From Bacteroidota bacterium (GTDB lineage: Bacteria; Bacteroidota; Bacteroidia; JABDFU01), in assembly GCA_013286655.1 (NCBI GenBank), contig JABDFG010000004.1, forward strand, positions 7,008 to 71,007: a stretch of 64,000 bases of DNA, given 5' to 3'. The notes below the pieces were generated by a model. It had not been told where the DNA came from. It did no database searches and saw only the letters and a list, made by a program, of their open reading frames with translations. Shown here in pieces: positions 62,115 to 64,000 of this stretch; position 1 is the first letter of the stretch, and the number at the start of each line of letters is the position of its first letter. The position numbers and the translations under genes were made by a program.

Positions 62115-64000
62115 CTATTTTACCACTACTTTTTTCACAAACAGTTGGTCATCAATTAGCAATTTAACAAAATAGACACCGGAATTCAGCTCAGAGGCAT
62201 TGAAAGCATACTTATAATTTCCGCTTACTAAATTCTGACTCTCAACCAGATCCGCAACATCTTTGCCCAATACATTAAATACTTGTACCGAGACTTTGGC
62301 GCTATTAACCAGGCTGAAGTTCACGGTTGATTTGTTTTCAGAAGGATTGGGATAAATAGTAAAATCCAGGGCACTTTCAACCAGGTCATTCATACCGGTG
62401 ATATTATTGCTGCTGCTGATATTAATGTCGTCCAGGTAAATATTATTTCCGCTTCCATTGGTAAACTGAAACATAATCCGCACATTTTTGTCAGAAGCAT
62501 AGAGGGTTAACGGCACGGAATCAAGTCTCCACTGACTCGCAGAATTCGGCGTAAATGCTGAACTTTCTACCTGAGGACTTACCGTAGAAAGTACACTACC
62601 CGACTTACTTTGCCTTGCTGCTCCCCAGTTGGCTCCGCAATTGGAAGATACAAATACGCTCAATTTATCAGTACTGCTGGCATTAGATTGGGCGTAGGCA
62701 ACCCGGTAATATAATTTAGGATTGGAAATAGTAGTCAAGTCGATGGTTGGACTTATCAGCTGACTATAACTTGACGAATCGCTGTCAAAATTATTGATAA
62801 AAACACTTGAACTACTGGAATAGCCGACAGTGTTGGTAGTTGTCCAGGTATATTTATTGTCGCTTGTAACATTGTTTACTGTCCAGTTATTGTTAGGAAC
62901 AGGCCCTGATTCAAATCCTTCTGTAAAAGGAGCCACATGTTCTGCTGTAGTGGCAAATACCGTAATAAAACCACTCTTTGTAATAGCAGGGGAAGAGGTT
63001 CCATTACTTACCGTCAGCGAAACATCATATGTTCCGGCAGCAGGATACATAACTTCAACCTGAGAAGTAGTACCTGTGCTGGGACTACCTCCAGGAAAGG
63101 ACCAATTCCAACTGGTAGGAGTACCATTCCAGGAATTATCCGTAAATGTGGTATTGCCTCCTTCGCAAAAAACAAGTCTACTTGCACTAAAATCCGCAGT
63201 ACATAAATTATTCACAGTAGTATCTATATTAACACCTGTGGCAATCAGGTTGGAAGGCTGCCATAATGAGCTACGCGAGGCAACCCCGGAATTAAGGGTC
63301 GCCTGCATACGCGCGGCCTGACCCGCAGTGAACATTTCACTGCAATAAGAGTACTCCATATAGTTCTGATAGTTTTCAACTGTTGGTGGGTTACATACTT
63401 CCGCCTGACTAAGCGTTGAAGGACAGAAATTGAAACCCTGTGTGTCAGGAGTGTCATTGACATTATCAGAACCTGCACAGGAAACACCCGGAGAATTGGT
63501 TGGCCCCCAGGGGTGATACAGGTTTAAACAATGCCCTATCTCATGCGTAAGCGCCCGGGACGTTTCCGGATTCCCCGTACCAATATTTCCAATATAAGTA
63601 CTTAATATAACAACCCCGTCATCAGCCGATTTCGGCATAGCGCCAGGAAGATAGGCATATCCTGCAAGATCTCCACTCAACGTTGCCACCACCCATATAT
63701 TCAAATATTTCGAAGGAGACCATTGATTTAATTTTGAATTATCCCCTGCATTATAGGTTAGCAGACTGGGAATACGATCAATTCCGTTGGTACATTTACC
63801 ATTCGGGTCTATTTGCGCAAGCCGGAATTCTATATGGCAATCAGCCGCAATTGTTTTGAACTGTGAAATAATAAGAGAGGTATCCGAATTAAGTTTACGG
63901 TAATCCTTATTAAGTTGAACCATTTCGTTATAAATCTGTGCGTCCGAAATGTTTTCCGGACCATAATTATGAATAATGTGAAAAACAAGAGGAATCACAT
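62115..64000 (-). CDS. secreted M43-family (cytophagalysin/pappalysin-like) zinc metalloprotease with a PKD domain and a T9SS type-A CTD; the 5' end lies beyond the window
   Basis: The ORF stays open to the window edge. It has the metzincin motif HEIGHCLNLYHPW and a PKD-like WNWSFPGGSPS...YDVSLTV. The C-terminus is IYPNPSENKSTVNF...GVYFVKLL...KKVVVK. Confidence 0.85.
   Translation of the reverse strand, partial: VIPLVFHIIHNYGPENISDAQIYNEMVQLNKDYRKLNSDTSLIISQFKTIAADCHIEFRLAQIDPNGKCTNGIDRIPSLLTYNAGDNSKLNQWSPSKYLNIWVVATLSGDLAGYAYLPGAMPKSADDGVVILSTYIGNIGTGNPETSRALTHEIGHCLNLYHPWGPTNSPGVSCAGSDNVNDTPDTQGFNFCPSTLSQAEVCNPPTVENYQNYMEYSYCSEMFTAGQAARMQATLNSGVASRSSLWQPSNLIATGVNIDTTVNNLCTADFSASRLVFCEGGNTTFTDNSWNGTPTSWNWSFPGGSPSTGTTSQVEVMYPAAGTYDVSLTVSNGTSSPAITKSGFITVFATTAEHVAPFTEGFESGPVPNNNWTVNNVTSDNKYTWTTTNTVGYSSSSSVFINNFDSDSSSYSQLISPTIDLTTISNPKLYYRVAYAQSNASSTDKLSVFVSSNCGANWGAARQSKSGSVLSTVSPQVESSAFTPNSASQWRLDSVPLTLYASDKNVRIMFQFTNGSGNNIYLDDINISSSNNITGMNDLVESALDFTIYPNPSENKSTVNFSLVNSAKVSVQVFNVLGKDVADLVESQNLVSGNYKYAFNASELNSGVYFVKLLIDDQLFVKKVVVK

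Overview
This window looks like a chromosomal segment of a Bacteroidota-type genome. Supporting signs are T9SS type-A and type-B C-terminal sorting domains, a GWxTD protein, a gliding-type CTD, and TAnnTTTG boxes directly upstream of start codons. It is densely packed with about 61 protein-coding genes. By eye I found no rRNA, tRNA, CRISPR array, transposase, integrase or prophage block.

Housekeeping genes:
- Translation and replication: rplM-rpsI-rpsB-tsf-pyrH, frr, rpsT, rbfA, lepA, dnaX, rlmB.
- Metabolism and cofactors: icd, metF, pdhA and an E2 gene, an apbC-type gene plus a NifU-like gene, ansA.

Phenylacetate (paa) catabolism is split into two loci. paaA-B-C-D-G-H-I-J plus paaY lie at 54.5-62.0 kb, and paaZ plus a crotonase lie at 7.2-10.0 kb.

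There are several secreted or T9SS cargo proteins, and a signalling block made of a TPR-PP2C phosphatase, a STAS-like protein, a PAS histidine kinase and a LuxR-type regulator.

Observations most worth a second look:
1. A 4.6-kb, translationally coupled three-gene surface module splits the normally contiguous pyrH-frr pair. It encodes a type-B-CTD PKD protein, a beta-barrel with TSP3 repeats, and a signal-peptide tail-fibre protein with an S74 chaperone domain.
2. A window-wide family of 7-nt-periodic simple repeats (CCCAAAT / CCTTAAT / CCCAATT / CTATTNN), plus an associated ~65-nt hairpin unit, fills many intra-operon spacers. Some copies have G-quadruplex potential.
3. A copy of that element is translated in frame inside the dnaX linker.
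4. An A10-G slippery run sits at the dnaX domain III boundary, and both alternative frames stop almost at once, which would give a gamma-like product.
5. An Avd-like four-helix-bundle gene, flanked by repeats, lies inside the paa operon.
6. An extremely Tyr/Gly-rich secreted protein appears to be co-transcribed with an ATP-grasp (GspS-like) ligase.
7. TAnnTTTG boxes lie only 4-9 nt from several ATGs, implying leaderless mRNAs.

All functional calls come from motif recognition by eye. No database search was run.
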